The notes: a model not told the origin generated them from the sequence alone. 63,268 nt of DNA, filler included, from Intoshia linei (GCA_001642005.1; 10 parts of 10 records of this genome joined end to end with filler, not necessarily neighbours in it); one strand, 5' to 3'; positions 36,201-49,936 are shown, counted from the whole stretch's first letter. A program made the numbers and translations.

Positions 36201-37887
36201 TTTAGTTATACATGATAATATGTTTATATGTATTACACAATATATTCCATTATTTTTAGATGTATCCAAATGACTGTTGATTGGTGTATAGTTTATTCGA
36301 TTACAACTAAAAAATATTTCATGAGCATGAAAAGAGTATTTTGACTCAATTAAACTAAATATTTATCAATAAATACAGTACTAAGGAATTAGTGTGATAA
36401 TATCAAATAGTTGGATATATTTTTTTTTGTGCATTTCGTATCGGTCGCACCAATTATTATAACAATTTTCAGTAACCGAAATACTGCATCTCTAAAATGT
36501 TAATGCATTATGTTTATATTATTTTGTCATTTTATAAATAGATAACCAATATTCTCATTATCATGATCATTAGTGCGCGACTTTTATGATTTATGATTTT
36601 TGAAAAATGCACATTACTATTTTTATCCAACAAGAATGATTCACGCTTCATTAAAACTTGTAAATATGTAATTTGAACTTAGAACGACAGTTAATAAAAA
36701 GTATAATGAGTTGCTGTCTGAAAAAAAATTTATTAATTACAATGCCATTTGTAAACTTTTTACTAAGAGAATTTTTGATTTGACATTTTTTGAATAAATT
36801 ATTGAAATTTTATATTTCTTTGTTACACCTGACGTACATCGTACTCATTTATAAAAAATAAAATTGGTTCTGAATTTTGTAAACGACCTGGCAAATTAAT
36901 TTACAATATGTTAATAATAAAATAAATTTGACAAAATTACAGCCAGTAATGTATGCAACATGGAAGATTTGTAACCATTTCCAGATGAATATTGAGAACT
37001 TTCATACATGACTCTAATATTATACAGCAAATCGTAGCTAAATTGAACATTAAATATAAAGTACATTTAAATTTACTCTATAATGTGGTTTTTTCTGACA
37101 ATTAAAATACTATTTACCAATTTAATATTCCAATACGCGGAATGACAATTGAAGGTAAATTCCAAGAGCTTATTCAATTGTTTATTGAAATTTAAAATTT
37201 CAATGAAAGTCTATTTAAATATATTTAAACTTATTTTTTAAATTGATATAAATATACCGTCGTTTTAATAATTTTTTTATCCGGAAAGAAAATCTGCCAC
37301 AATCCGATACGGTACTAGAAAAATATTAAATTTTTTTGTAATTTACCGAAAATGCACGAGACACGTATCTACAATTAAAATAAATTTAACAAATATACAC
37401 TCAACTCAAGTTCTTTCATTGATATATTATACGAGGTGTTCAGATTGGTTCGTCTTTTCAACATGTCAAATTTATTTATTTAAAATTTTTATAATTTTAG
37501 TGACCTATTTTAACAATTAACGATTTTCAAATTGACCAAGTTAAAACAATAACATGCGATTAAATATAATTTTATTTAAATGAAAAATTTATATTGAAAC
37601 ATGGACACAAACTACTTTTTCTGTAAAAATTGTATTTTGGTATGTGTTTTTCTGTTTTGATGAACGCTTCGAGCCATGTAATCGGAAAACCGTGTCGATA
37701 TTGATTCTAAAATGATAAACAATTATATATTATACGCTCAACATAATATTTTAAAAATAAATGCAATAATGAGATTGTCAGTTTGAATTATTTATAAATT
37801 ATAATGTTTGATGTACCGTCAAATAAAATAAATCAAATAAAGAATTAAACAGTTAAGAAGAGCTAACCCTCGATTAGTGCGGTACAT
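30257..37887 (-). CDS. Uncharacterised multi-exon coding region(s) downstream of mucolipin
   Basis: Phase-consistent exons MYRTNRG|YVSRAFS|YRIGLWQIFFPDKKIIKTT|TFIEILNFNKQLNKLLEFTFNCHSAYWNIKL; further open exons near 36940-37037, 35652-35789, 30870-31125 and 30300-30492; continuity across the 32770 gap is unproven. Confidence 0.45.
30574..30749. mobile_element. hAT MITE
   Basis: TIR CAGAGTTTCTTAA / TTAAGAAACCTG; degenerate TSD CTCTAGCA / ATCTAGCC. Confidence 0.6.
33200..34060 (-). mobile_element. Heavily decayed coding remnant, possibly a MULE transposase
   Basis: CEGSVFL..HWCKYQ and LEIITAGKDCFGQNYLF resemble MULE motifs; many stops. Confidence 0.3.
34142..34600 (-). mobile_element. IS630-Tc1-mariner transposase remnant with long D-E spacing (DD82E/Sailor-like)
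   Basis: HGMFTASYFEGW, MMDNAKYH, frameshift, FSPPYYSNFQPIELVWANLKG. Confidence 0.75.
34660..35220 (-). mobile_element. hAT (Ac-type) transposase remnant
   Basis: CFSHT..QLTVND; MLERL; ILKPFQIVTKLTQ..SISDIIP; ATFLDPRYK. Confidence 0.85.
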
Positions 37888-37941
37888 TTTAGTTTTTCTT
37901 TCTGCACTGCATATGTATTTTGAAGGTCAGAAATATTTTAA

Positions 37942-38918
37942 TCAAATTAAATTAGGAAATGTAGGTTCCCAATTTCTTTGGAGCAGTTCATGGTCAGAAT
38001 TATACATCTACAAAATTAATTAACCACACAAATCGAAGGCTACTATTATTTTATAATATTACCATAACAGTTTTGTATGAATCGACAACAATTGACGTGA
38101 ATGTGTTTAGGATCAGAAAAATAAAAATGCAACAAAAAGATATTACAAATATAACAAGACTAGTTCGAACGATACTACTTTCCAGTGATAATTTTGAGTA
38201 CATTGTATCAAAAATTAAATCACCCAACATAATGGAAAATAAAACACAACAAGATGAAAACATTGTTTCAAACTAAAAAATGGTTTTTGTAAATGGACAT
38301 TTAAATACATTTTCATGGTATGCCCCAAACACTGCTCGACCTGATATAGCGTAGCCTAAGAAGATGAGTGCTGCGCTCATCAGAAATCTAAAATCAAGGT
38401 AATTAATTTAATCGTTTTACCTGCAAATTTGTGGAAATGCTACCTTTGCAGTGACCATTATTATCTAAAATTATTCAAATTTATAATAATAGCCGAATAA
38501 AATGATATTAAAAAAATCGTAAAATGTACATTATATTTCTTAAAGTATATTAAATATCGTAATAGACTAATCCACACGAAAATGCATGATATTCCAATTA
38601 ATAGCATTGCAAATATGGGGTCCAGAAGGTACTAAAATAACACATTTGTATATAGTTAATATTCATTAATACATCACACAACACTAGTGACTACAATACT
38701 GAAAATGACTATTATATTATCTATATATATGATTACTGTTATAATAGTAGATACTGTATCTTAAAAAATACCACTCGACAAAACATGATTGAAATAATTG
38801 CAACAATTGATATTATATCAAATGTTATATACCCAACAAACCAACCATTCAGAAATACAGTTTGGTCACTCTTTGTAAGATTAATGTTCATATTGATTTT
38901 CATAAATTCAACAGTTCT
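37942..38918 (-). CDS. MCOLN: Mucolipin (TRPML) channel, S3-S6 region; 5' part not visible
   Basis: LTKSDQTVFLNGWF, LLIGISCIFVWISLLRYLIYFKKYN|IIMVTAKVAFPQICRF, IFLGYAISGRAVFGAYHENF, LFSIMLGDLIF, ISFCCIFIFLILNTFTSIVVDSYKTV. Confidence 0.85.
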
Positions 38919-39339
38919 CTAAAGTGATTAAATGTAATTAATACATGTAAATTAACCTACATATTAGGGCAGCCGCCCAATTTGTGGTATATGGTCCTGG
39001 TAAAATTTAGGGATTCAAAAAGTGTGCGTCTCATACATAAACTAACAAAAAAAATAATATTAATGTCCACATCTAGTCAGACCCCGGTTTGGCGCAGAAA
39101 TTTTACTAAAGTTCTCCAAAAGGTGGGGTATTCTATTAATCTTATCATCTATCTATTCTTGTATTATAAAACATTTTTGGAATGATATTAAAATAAATAT
39201 ATTATATTACATACTTTTAATCATTTTGCATTATTTTATAACCTTAAAAAATTATTTCTAAAAATTAAAATATATAAAATTACTCTAAATAATAAACTTT
39301 AAATTAATGATAAATTTGCCCCTTCAACACCAGGAAACT

Positions 39340-39630
39340 TTTTCTTTTATTTTTACCTGAAACCCAGATTTTCACCCAAACATAGTTGGTGTACCATCAG
39401 TACAAACACCGCATATATTGTTCCAATTTAAATTTCCTTCAATAAAGAAGTCATCAATTTTTTTATAAATATCCATTATTTTTGTATTTGTAAGGAGTAT
39501 ACAAAATGAAAAATCTTCCTTAATTCCATTCAAATCAATATACCTCAAAAAAATAAAACTAAACAATCAAAAAATTTATAAAAATTTGCGACCCTCTGAG
39601 AAATTTCGCGACCCCGGTTGAGAAACTATG
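39340..39630 (-). mobile_element. Buster/ZBED5-type hAT remnant
   Basis: FLRYI...IKEDFSFC...IDDFF...LNWNNICGVCTDGTPTM; GGTTGAGAAACTATG terminus near 39630. Confidence 0.8.
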
Positions 39631-39763
39631 GTATACGGTATAACCCTATTTTGGTGCACCTTAATTGAAAAATGTTCCAAAAACTGAGAGTAATGATAAA
39701 ATTCTGTTATCTAATTAATTAATTGAACAATGATATATTTAATCAAATTAAGAAAGTACATAA

Positions 39764-40126
39764 CAGGGGCGGATCCAAGAGGCTAGTTAATGGGGTGCAA
39801 TTTCAATATCAAGAAAAATTTTTTTAGGGCGCCTCTTTTAATTTCATTTAAAAGTTGTTATAAAATAGTTTCCAAATTTGTATTTTTTCGCAAAAATAAA
39901 AAAAATAATTAAAATTGAATTATTTAATTATTTTTGTTCATCAAATAATCCTAAATAAACTAGGTCCAGTCTTCTTGGATGAAGTATTGCAAATTCATTA
40001 ACCGAACTTTCAATATGAAAATTATAGTCATAGTAGAAATTCATGAAGGCCAGTCCACATAGACGATTACCCGTCATTGTTGATCTTAAAAAGGTTTTCA
40101 ATCTTCTCAAAATGCTAATGGAGCGT
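39764..40126 (-). mobile_element. hAT (Tip100/ZMYM1-like) 3' end with dimerisation domain
   Basis: RSISILRRLKTFLRSTMTGNRLCGLAFM...EFAILHPRRL; CAGGGGCGGATCCA terminus. Confidence 0.85.
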
Positions 40127-40393
40127 NNNNNNNNNNNNNNNNNNNNNNNNNNNNNNNNNNNNNNNNNNNNTTAATTAATTAANNNNNNNNNNNNNNNNNN
40201 NNNNNNNNNNNNNNNNNNNNNNNNNNAAAAATAATTTTTAATATATTATCAACCAATATTTTTAAAATATTTCGATTAAATTAAAAATGTAAATATTGAT
40301 CTTACAATTTCAAAAAAATTTTTTTATATGGCTGTCGAATTTTTAATTTTGAGCTCATCTTGTATTTACTGGTAGTTTTATTTTACTTTTTAG

Positions 40394-41202
40394 TGGGAAT
40401 GCAAAGCCGATTTAAACAACATTGTAAAATTTGGTACATTAGATGTTAATTGTGAAGGATACGACTATCCAGAAGATCCTTATATTCTAGTAAATTCTTG
40501 CCGGGTATTTTCTATTTTAAATTGTTTTGTTAATCTTAATCTTAAAAGTAAATGAATTTTGTTGACGATATTTATTTTAGTTGTTATATTCCTTGCACAG
40601 AATTGACGGTAGAAAAAGTGAAACATCTAACGGCGAATCGTTTTTTTTTAAAAATTATGAATTTATTTAATTTTAGATTCCTACCAATTTTGTTTATTAT
40701 TGGCTTAATTATATTAGTTTACTATGTATTTTTACGCCCCAATCCAAACGAAGGTGCTAGACATGATGATGGATATGGCGGGAATTATGGAGGAGGAGAT
40801 TCTGGAGGTGCAGCTCCTCCACCACCGCCGTACAATAAAAGATGTTTGAATTTTGTAATTTAATTTAAAAAAGGTACATTTTTTAGCAAACAATCAAGGC
40901 ACAGGAGGATTTTTTAGTAACTTTTGGTCTGGTGCAATGATGGGTGGTGCTGCTGGTTATCTTTTTGGTAACCGAGGACATCAAAACCGCGGTTATTCAT
41001 CTTATGGTTCACAGTATAATTCACCTTACCCTGATTATAATAGTGGACCTTCTACTTCTGGTGGAAATAGTTCTTATCAAACTGGTAAATTATATTAATA
41101 TTGATTTAAAAATTGTATTTTGACTCGATTTTTGATTGTTCGAAAGATGCGTAAAATTACTAAAATTTAAATTTAGGATACGCGAGTACATCCAGACGAT
41201 GA
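40394..41202 (+). CDS. SARAF: Store-operated calcium entry-associated regulatory factor (TMEM66); 5' end not visible, probably in the gap
   Basis: WECKADL..KFG..VNCEGYDYPEDPYILVNSC, TM helix, PPPPY, FWSGAMMGGAAGYLFG, C-terminal GYASTSRR*. Confidence 0.92.
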
Positions 41203-41386
41203 TAATTTGTAAATTGAATATATGATATTAACCAACCAATATCATGTTATTAATTTTTAAAAATAATAAAAGTTAAAAACTTATATGATTCTAATGATTA
41301 TAATTATAATGAACTTTAATGTATAATAATTAGCAATTATCAATTATAAGTAAAGCTTCAGGTCAGGTATTTGAAAAGTGGAATAT

Positions 41387-44300
41387 TTAATAATTTCTAT
41401 ATTTTTTGGAACTATAAGGAATATTGCCAATCAGCGAAATATTTGGGTTTTTTTTCGGTATAAATTTGTGATTTAATGGAGTTGAAGCGCGTATAGATTC
41501 AGTGAGTCGCGATTGTTCCTCTTTAAGCAAAGTGGGATCAATTTTGTTGTAATAATTTTGATATTCACTTTTTACATCCTTTGATTTTAAATCTGTCGTT
41601 GATCTATACTTGTTTAATCTCTCGTCATCCATTGTTCTAGTTCTCATTTTCATTTGCATTTCTCGGTTTGTATGTTTTAATGCAGAAATCTATTTTATTT
41701 CATTAATTGTAATAATAAAAAAAAATTACTTCGTCTTCCAAAATTTTAATTTTGTTTTTATGTCTTTGTTCATTATACTCATTGGAATTTTCAATCTCTT
41801 TTTGTCTTTCCATTAAACCTATTATTTCATTCTGAATATCTTTATGACTATGGGTGGCATCCGTTGATCTATTTAAAAAAAATTAGAAAGTAAATTAAAC
41901 CATTTTACGTTATTTTATTAAATTCCTTGGCTGATCGTAATTGTTTTTGTAAACTATGAATTTTGCTTTTATATTCACGGGTTTTACGTTCCATTTGATC
42001 AACAATTCTGTCGGTCGATTCATTTCGTATGACAGAATTTGATAACATTTTACCAGCTTTGAATTTATCTTTTTCAAGCTAATTTAAAACATTCAAACAT
42101 GATTGTATTATTATTAATTACCTTTTGTAGTTGTTTTTCTAAATTATTTTTCTCTTTATCACAGCGTTTGTAGAGTTTTTCGAGATTTTTTTTATCCCCT
42201 TGATAGTTAGTTAATTGTCTGTCAAAAGACATGATTCTTTCATGTAAAATCTGCGTTTCGGAGGATAATTTTTCAATTTTTCGTTCGGAATCTTGTAAAT
42301 GAATGCATTTGTCATGGTATTCCTAATTTATTATTAATTTTTTTAATCAACAATTTTAACAATTTTTGTTTCACTAATTTTCAAATGACATGATTTTTAT
42401 GGCAAATTTTTGTATTAAATAAAATAGTTGACTTTGGAAAAAAAATAAAAATAACCTAAAAACCCACACATTCAAATCTGATTAATAAAAATGACCATAA
42501 ATGTTTTAAAAATAAAATGTATACCTTTAATTTAGTTTGCAATTGCTTTTCCATATCTGAATTATTTATAGCTAGAGATTCAACATTTTCTCTTAAATCA
42601 ATAATATTATTAGCCAAATCATTTTTTTCTTTTTTTATGTGTCCATTATTTTTACTAAAAATTTTTATCATTAAAATTGATTGCTTACTTTAAGTTATCC
42701 ACAATATCATTCAGTACTCTTTTATCATTTTCAGCGTTCGTCAAATCGTTTTGGTAATTTTCCAATTTTTTATGTAATTCTGTTACAATGTTTGTAGTTT
42801 CAGCAATACTATTCGTTAATGCTTTTATCTATAAAATTTGAAATTAATAAAATGGAAAATTTGTCCAAGGAAAATTGAAAATTCAAGAAATACGATAAGA
42901 TAAGTAAACTGATTTAACACGATTCAATGTTAAAAACAATTACTTTTTCTTTGTTTTCTCTATCTTCGTGATTGCATTTATCTACAATACCATGTAATCG
43001 TTTAATTTCTAGATTTTTCGAATGTATATCAACTTCACGGTCTTGTTTTGTTCGTACAATATCTTCAATGTTTTTTTTGAGAGTCTAGTTGTTTGTATAT
43101 TTTATATATATAGTAAAAATTACATATATATCATTTTCTCTTTCCTGAAGAGAACACTGGCATCTTTGGATCTCACAATCAATGTTACGTTTATTCAGTT
43201 CTAAATTTTTTATATTATTTGAAGATTCTTCCAAGAGAGATTTTAGTGATTTTTTTTCTTCCAACAAATGACATTCAACTTCTTTCAATTTTATTATTTT
43301 TTCCTAAAATATCAATTTAATACATTACTTTGATCTATATTTATACACATTTATTATCAAATTACCAAAATAACCGAAAAAAATATAAAATTCGATTCGA
43401 TCCAACAAAATTAAAATTAAAATAATTATTTATAATTATTATTTTTTTTATTTGCACTTACATTTTTCCTGTTAATTTCATTATCCGAGGAAATAACACA
43501 ACGTTCATAATTACAAATTTTATTGTCTTGCTGTTTATTTTCACGAACAAGTCGATGTATAGTTTCTTCCTGTAAAATACTCGCAGATTTTGCCTTTTTT
43601 AATCGAGTATTTAATTGATTTTTTTCTAATTTTTATAAATTAATATTTATTTTTTTAATTTGTTTCATTAAAATAACCTTCTTCTAGAGTACGAATAGCG
43701 TCTTCGAGTTGAGTAGATTTCATTTCTAATCGTTTCTTTATTTGGTCAACTTCAGTCAGATCACTACCTACAATTCTCAATTGGCTATTTAATTCATCCT
43801 AAATATTTAAATTAAAATTTAACTTGAAAATATATACTCTTTCCATGTCAGAATTTTTCACGCGTTGAACAAAGTTTTGAAGAGTATGTCTGATAACATC
43901 AGGCTGAATATATGTATCTGTAGTGTGGGAATTTTCAAGAGAGCCATCAGATATATCTTCTTTGTGAGGAGGTGCTGATCTTGAACGATGTTTTATTTTA
44001 TCAACTATAAATTTATTAGTATTTACATCATGAATGTTAATTAAAATAAATATGATGCATAACAAGATGGCCGAAAAAGAGTTTAAAGTCGGTATCATCA
44101 TTTTATTCGTTTATGGGAATGCATAATCAGAAATGATGTTTCATCAACATTATTTTTTAATTGTCTTTATAAAGCAAAAAGTATATTCTAGGATTCAGAA
44201 TACGTGAAAAAGTAAAATTATAATATATCATTTGCTGGAAATGAAACTAGTAATATTACCACCTTTGATCTAAACGATCTAGACTTTTATACAACTTGTA

Positions 44301-47300
44301 TTAATTTTTAAAAAAATATATTAGCATAATTTAACAAGTTATAAATAATAAAATTTAAATAATTACAGACACTAGCAGTATTGAAACGTTTCGGATTGGG
44401 ACTGCGACATCTAGGTGCATTTTTATTACCATTTCCATATGTTTCATAATCAACATCATAATTTTCAGTCATATTACGTTGTAAACCAAGTGTTTGTCGA
44501 AGTATTGAATATATACTACTTAATTTATTCGACAAATCTCGTCCCGAGTCTTCTAACCGGGAAACTTCACTTTCTAATGCATCCTTACGTCCTTGCATTG
44601 AACTTAATTTTATTAATGTATTATTCAGTTCTAATGAAATTAATTCATATGCTTCTTCTAAAGATGCATGTTCTTGTTCCAATCTCTTCAAACTTAATCT
44701 AACGTCCTCTAAACAAGTATCTAGTTCCCTTTCTCTATTTGAATGAACTTCTGTATTGGCAACTAATTTTTCTTTGAGCATTTCAATTTGCTTTGTAAGA
44801 GTATCATTGTATGCATCAAATTTAATCAGCTAAATTTAAAACCATTTTATTCAGAATACATATTTTTAAAACACTAAAATAACGACTAAAATTCACTGAT
44901 AATATTTGTTCATATAAAAATTAATATAAACATTTTATGGGGCAATATTGTTTTCGCGGGTATAAACATAATCGTATAGAACAGGGGTTCTCAACCTTAT
45001 TTAGAATCTCTCCCTAAGCCCATAATTCACACATATCTTTTTAAAATTGCCTTCTCCATAATTCATAAACAACAATAAACAAGTTGTTACTTTTACTCAA
45101 GTTTTTAAAAAATCGACCCGTAAAATCAATAATCCTCTTTAAGAAATTGTAATCATTAATTATTAGGTATTATTATTAGGTATTAAAATAATTTATAACT
45201 ATAATTTTATAATTTAATTGGTTGACTGTCATGTACTACGTACAAATAGCATCTAGCTCTGCCGAGGGCACATTTTTATTATACCAAAAAAATGAATTCA
45301 CGTTAAAAATATAACTTAAAAATCTTACCATTCACTATTATCAATGAGATTAAAAAATTGCGAAGGAATGAATTATATAGATTTTTACCCATATTTCTTT
45401 ATTGTAAATGTGTAGACGTTCAGTGTACATTTTCAATTTTTAATTTAATCGAAATATTTTAAAAATATTGGTTGATAATATATTAAAAATTATTTTTCAC
45501 CAAAAATGCGTGGATTTCTGGGGTTGAAATTTTGTAATTATATCAAGGGGAATAAGCCCTATCTGAATAATCTTTTTTTTTAATATTCGGATCGTTAATT
45601 ATTTCACATTTTTTGTTTTAATAAAATATTTCGAAAAAAAATATATGAATAGTAAAATGCTTTTTTGACCGTCAAGTCGTCACTTATTCGGATTGAAATT
45701 TTTTGAAATTCTAGGGTTGTTTTAATTAAAAAATGTCGATTTTGTATCAGTCATAATAGATGTTTCTTAATCAGATGTGATTATTGAAAGTCAGATCTAA
45801 CTAATCAGAGTCTATAAAGATGACTTTATATTCAAATTTACACTTTATACTCAGAAATATATACTTCAGAGTCGTGGTATAGTTTTTTAAGCTTAAATTT
45901 TGAAAAAGTCCAGCCATCCCAGCAAACCTGAAAAAATATCAATTTGAAAAAAAATATATTGCAAAATAGAAATTTAAATTTGCCAATTTGAAGTTTATAT
46001 TTTTTTAATTAAAAAAATTTTATAGGTTAATAAAGTTACATAATTTTTTTTCATAAGTTACAATTTTTCTTTTTTATAGGTTAAAAAAAGACCGCCCTAG
46101 TTATTATAAATATTATTAAAACCTTAACATTTAATTTATTTTAATTGTTGTTACCATAATTTTTACTTTTTTAATTTGATATCAAGTTGGTATAATGTAA
46201 GGGTTCCGCCTTTTTTCACGGCGGACTGGTAATAAATTGTAATATTTATCGCGGACTATTAAGCGAAACTGCTACCTTTAAAAAAAATTTGATAAAAAAA
46301 GTAATAAATTAACTTAATTTAGTAATTAGTAAAAATTTTTTCACAATTATTTCGCGAACCAGGTAATAATTTTCACGGAACTGTAATACTCCGCGGAGTA
46401 GCATTTGGGAAACGCTGGTATAATGTATCACATGTCGATAATAGTTCTTATAATCAGAAAGATCATTCTGATAATTTAGTAATAAGGGCTAAGCCAAATA
46501 TCTTTTTTCACGCATTACTTCTCTAGAAACCGGTACGCGGGTACCCATTGTAAAATAACAAGGATTGAAATTTCGAGATCTACAGCATTTAAATCTAATT
46601 TACTAAATCATAGCTCAAAAACTCTATAATTTGTATAATAAAAAATTCAATATAAATAGTGCTTTGTGTAGAATTGTAAGGAAATTATCAAAACTATCGT
46701 GGAATATCACATTTAAGTGACGTCCAAATCTGAAAAAAATAATGAATTTCGATGAAATCGAACAAACAAATTTGACATTTAAGATTATTCTTTTACCAAC
46801 AATAGAGAAGATGTAGATTGGTATAAACTTGCATTAAAAAATGGCATCGAACACTGCAGCTCTCATATAGAAGAATTACCACCTCTAATCCATCAAAAAC
46901 AGCACGGTTACCTAAAATTTATTTCTAATACATTGTTGGATCAATGAAACTGTGCATCAAAAAGTTGTCTTATACAAGATTACCTTTTTTTGGGATTAAA
47001 AATGTTCCTCATTCAAGTATATTAACGATAAACTAGTCAATGATACCATTAATAAACTGAAAAATATATAAATATATAGGAATAATAAACAATCGTTCAT
47101 AATAAAATGTGTGATTTTTCAAAGTGAAAGATGGCCGGACTTTTTATCATTATATTAAAAAATAAAATTATAGATGTGATTTATATGATATTACTCATAC
47201 TACACAACTATGTATTTTATCAATTTCTAAAATTCGACTAAAAAGTTAACGCTCTATTGTAGACACTATTTATATTTTACACACAAAAATTTGGCTAACC

Positions 47301-48753
47301 CTCAACAAGCCTGGTAAATATAAAAAAAATATGCCAATGTCATTATTTTTAATTTACACACAAATCACCAACAAACATTAAAAAAATGGTTTAAATTTAA
47401 AAATTTGGCCTACCCTTAATAACTCTATTAAATGGGCTGTTTTGCAACATTTGTTATCCCTATTAAATTTTGTAAAACTGATTCACTCGAAAAATGTTGT
47501 TACTTATAGTGTTATTTATTTATCTATTGACCTGATACTGAATTATTACTTAGACTGTAATATACTCAAATCTGACTGTGGCCACCTCTATTAAGATCAG
47601 ATTAACATCTAATTTGAGTATGCATTAAATGTATTGGGTTTTAAATATATTCTTAAATATCGATTCATTAATAAATTAATTAATAGTCAAGATTTTGATA
47701 AATTTATAATTTATTAACGGTTTCTAAAGATTATTTGTTATTAATAAAATAAATTTTAGATTATGTATTTTCTAAAATAAAATAGAAAAATCGCACCCAA
47801 GTGGACGATTCGCGTCCGTTGAGAACCCATGTATAGAGTGATATGACCATGTTGTCCTGGGTACGATCACCTCTCTCCACCACATTGAGAATGAGTTACC
47901 GTTACCGCTTTAAAAAATAAAATATACTTGTTCCTTTTGATTTAGCAACTGCTGTCGATTGTCTTGATCTCGTTTATCATTTCTACAAATTTCTGTTCGA
48001 CTCGAACATAAATGTTGTTGCAAATTACTCTTTTCTGCGTCAATTATTTTTATTTGTCTTTTCAATTCTTGTAATTCGTGACGAATCTAAAACAAAATAA
48101 AATAATTATAATTTTTATTTTGATTTTAGCATAATTTCATATACAATTTCATTTTTCATGATTCAAATTATAAAATTTTAAACTTTAAATCTCATCTAGT
48201 CAACAATCAGTAGATTATTCTCGATGTTTTATCCGTCAATGCATCCCATTACCGAACGATAAAATTTAAAATTGGTTAAGATTGGTAATTTTAAATTTTT
48301 TCAAATTTTTCCATATTTAACAAAAAGAATGAAAATGCATAAATGTAATTATAATTTATTCATGCATTTTCAATAGGTTTGGAGGGTTCTGCTAATTTCA
48401 TTGTTATATTAAAAATTTTTATTAAAAATCCCTTATCTCTTCAAATGTTTGTATTTTAACCAAATTGCTAAGATAAGTTACCACATGACGATTTTTTTCA
48501 GATTCTTTAAACTTCATTTTCGTCACTTTTTCTTCTTGTTGGATATTCATATTTTCGTTACTAATATCCTCATTTGCTTTAATAAATTCATTAAGCTTTT
48601 GTACAGTTTCCGTTTTATCTTTTTCCAAATTTAAAATTTTTGATCTGAAATCTGCAGCATGATTTTTTAGTGAACTGCACTCGCGTTCAATATCACAACA
48701 TTTTAGTTGTAGTTCTTCTTTTTCCTGTCGCAAAAGCTCATCAGTGTTTTTAT
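41387..48753 (-). CDS. CROCC: Rootletin (ciliary rootlet coiled-coil protein), 3' part
   Basis: Many coiled-coil exons; SMQGRKDALESEVSRLE...LSSIYSILRQTLG; RSPNP linker; PDVIRHTLQNFVQRVKNSDMERD; stop at 41387. Confidence 0.8.
44982..47831. mobile_element. About 2.85-kb hAT-bounded composite insertion in a rootletin intron
   Basis: TIR CAGGGGTTCTCAAC / GTTGAGAACCCAT(G); flanks GTATAGAA / GTATAGAG; contains other repeats. Confidence 0.6.
46198..46417. mobile_element. Nested hAT MITE
   Basis: Perfect TSD GTATAATG; right TIR TTTGGGAAACGCTG. Confidence 0.75.
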
Positions 48754-49707
48754 CTATATTTTATTCAAATAATATCAATGCTTCAATCAAATCAAGGGTA
48801 TTATAATTGTCTTGAACCGCAAACCTTGGATACACCTGAAGGGTTGTGAAATTTAAATAATTAAAAAATGATCACATTTGTTTCAAAACGCACAATTCCG
48901 AATACACCGTACAAAAGAGCACGCTTTAGAGGGCCTCGATAAAAATTTTGTAAAATAGTAGGCCCATTTTTTTAAATATATTTTTTTTAATTTATAAATT
49001 TTAAATTAAAATTAATAATATTATATTCTTGAATATGATAACTTAAAAAAATGTCAAGTAAAGAGCATTGATTCAGTGGTTAGGGACTATGACACTAAAA
49101 TTTGTTTGCGAAATATTTTTAGGGGTCTATTTTTCATTTTCGTGAGTCTGAGCTTAGTAGTTCAGCTTTGAAAACGCAATCAAAAACTAATATTTAGATT
49201 AGGGGTGTGAACAAATTTTTAAATCAAAAGTGCACCGTTCCACCATATGAACATTTTGAAAATATCCAATTTTCACCCAATCTTACCTCTCAACTGTTAA
49301 AAAAAACCCTGGGGCATCGCCTCTAAANNNNNNNNNNNNNNNNNNNNNNNNNNNNNNNNNNNNNNNNNNNNTTAATTAATTAANNNNNNNNNNNNNNNNN
49401 NNNNNNNNNNNNNNNNNNNNNNNNNNNAATATATCAAATTTAGCATCGGCAGCGGTTCCAGTACAGACAGGTAAATATTTTAATACATTAGGCCCTAATG
49501 TATATTTTCGTATAATGATTTAGTGATTAATGATTTAATATAAACGTTTAATGATTAGGTTTTCAAATTTTTTTTATTTAAAAAAAGCAATTTTGCACTT
49601 GAATTACTTTTTTGACGTTTTATTGTTTTGGCACACCACAATAATTATTATGTTAACAAGACAATAAAATTATTTAATGGCACTGGTTGCAAATCCTGAT
49701 GTAAATC

Positions 49708-49936
49708 CAGAGCCGTGGAGAGCCAGCAGTATACACTATAATAAATTTTAAAAAATGGCACTTCTATACATTGTTTTTTTATATATGTTTTGATATTTAC
49801 ACAGAATTAATTGAAGGGTTAATAGAAAATAATATTATACAATAATTTTAATATGCTTAAAAAATTAATAAATTACAAGTAGGCCTTCAATATTGTAGAC
49901 CCGGCCATATGGCTATAACTCTTCTCCACGGTTCTG
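49708..49936. mobile_element. hAT MITE
   Basis: TIR CAGAGCCGTGGAGA / TCTCCACGGTTCTG; TSD TGTAAATC / TGTAAACC. Confidence 0.85.
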
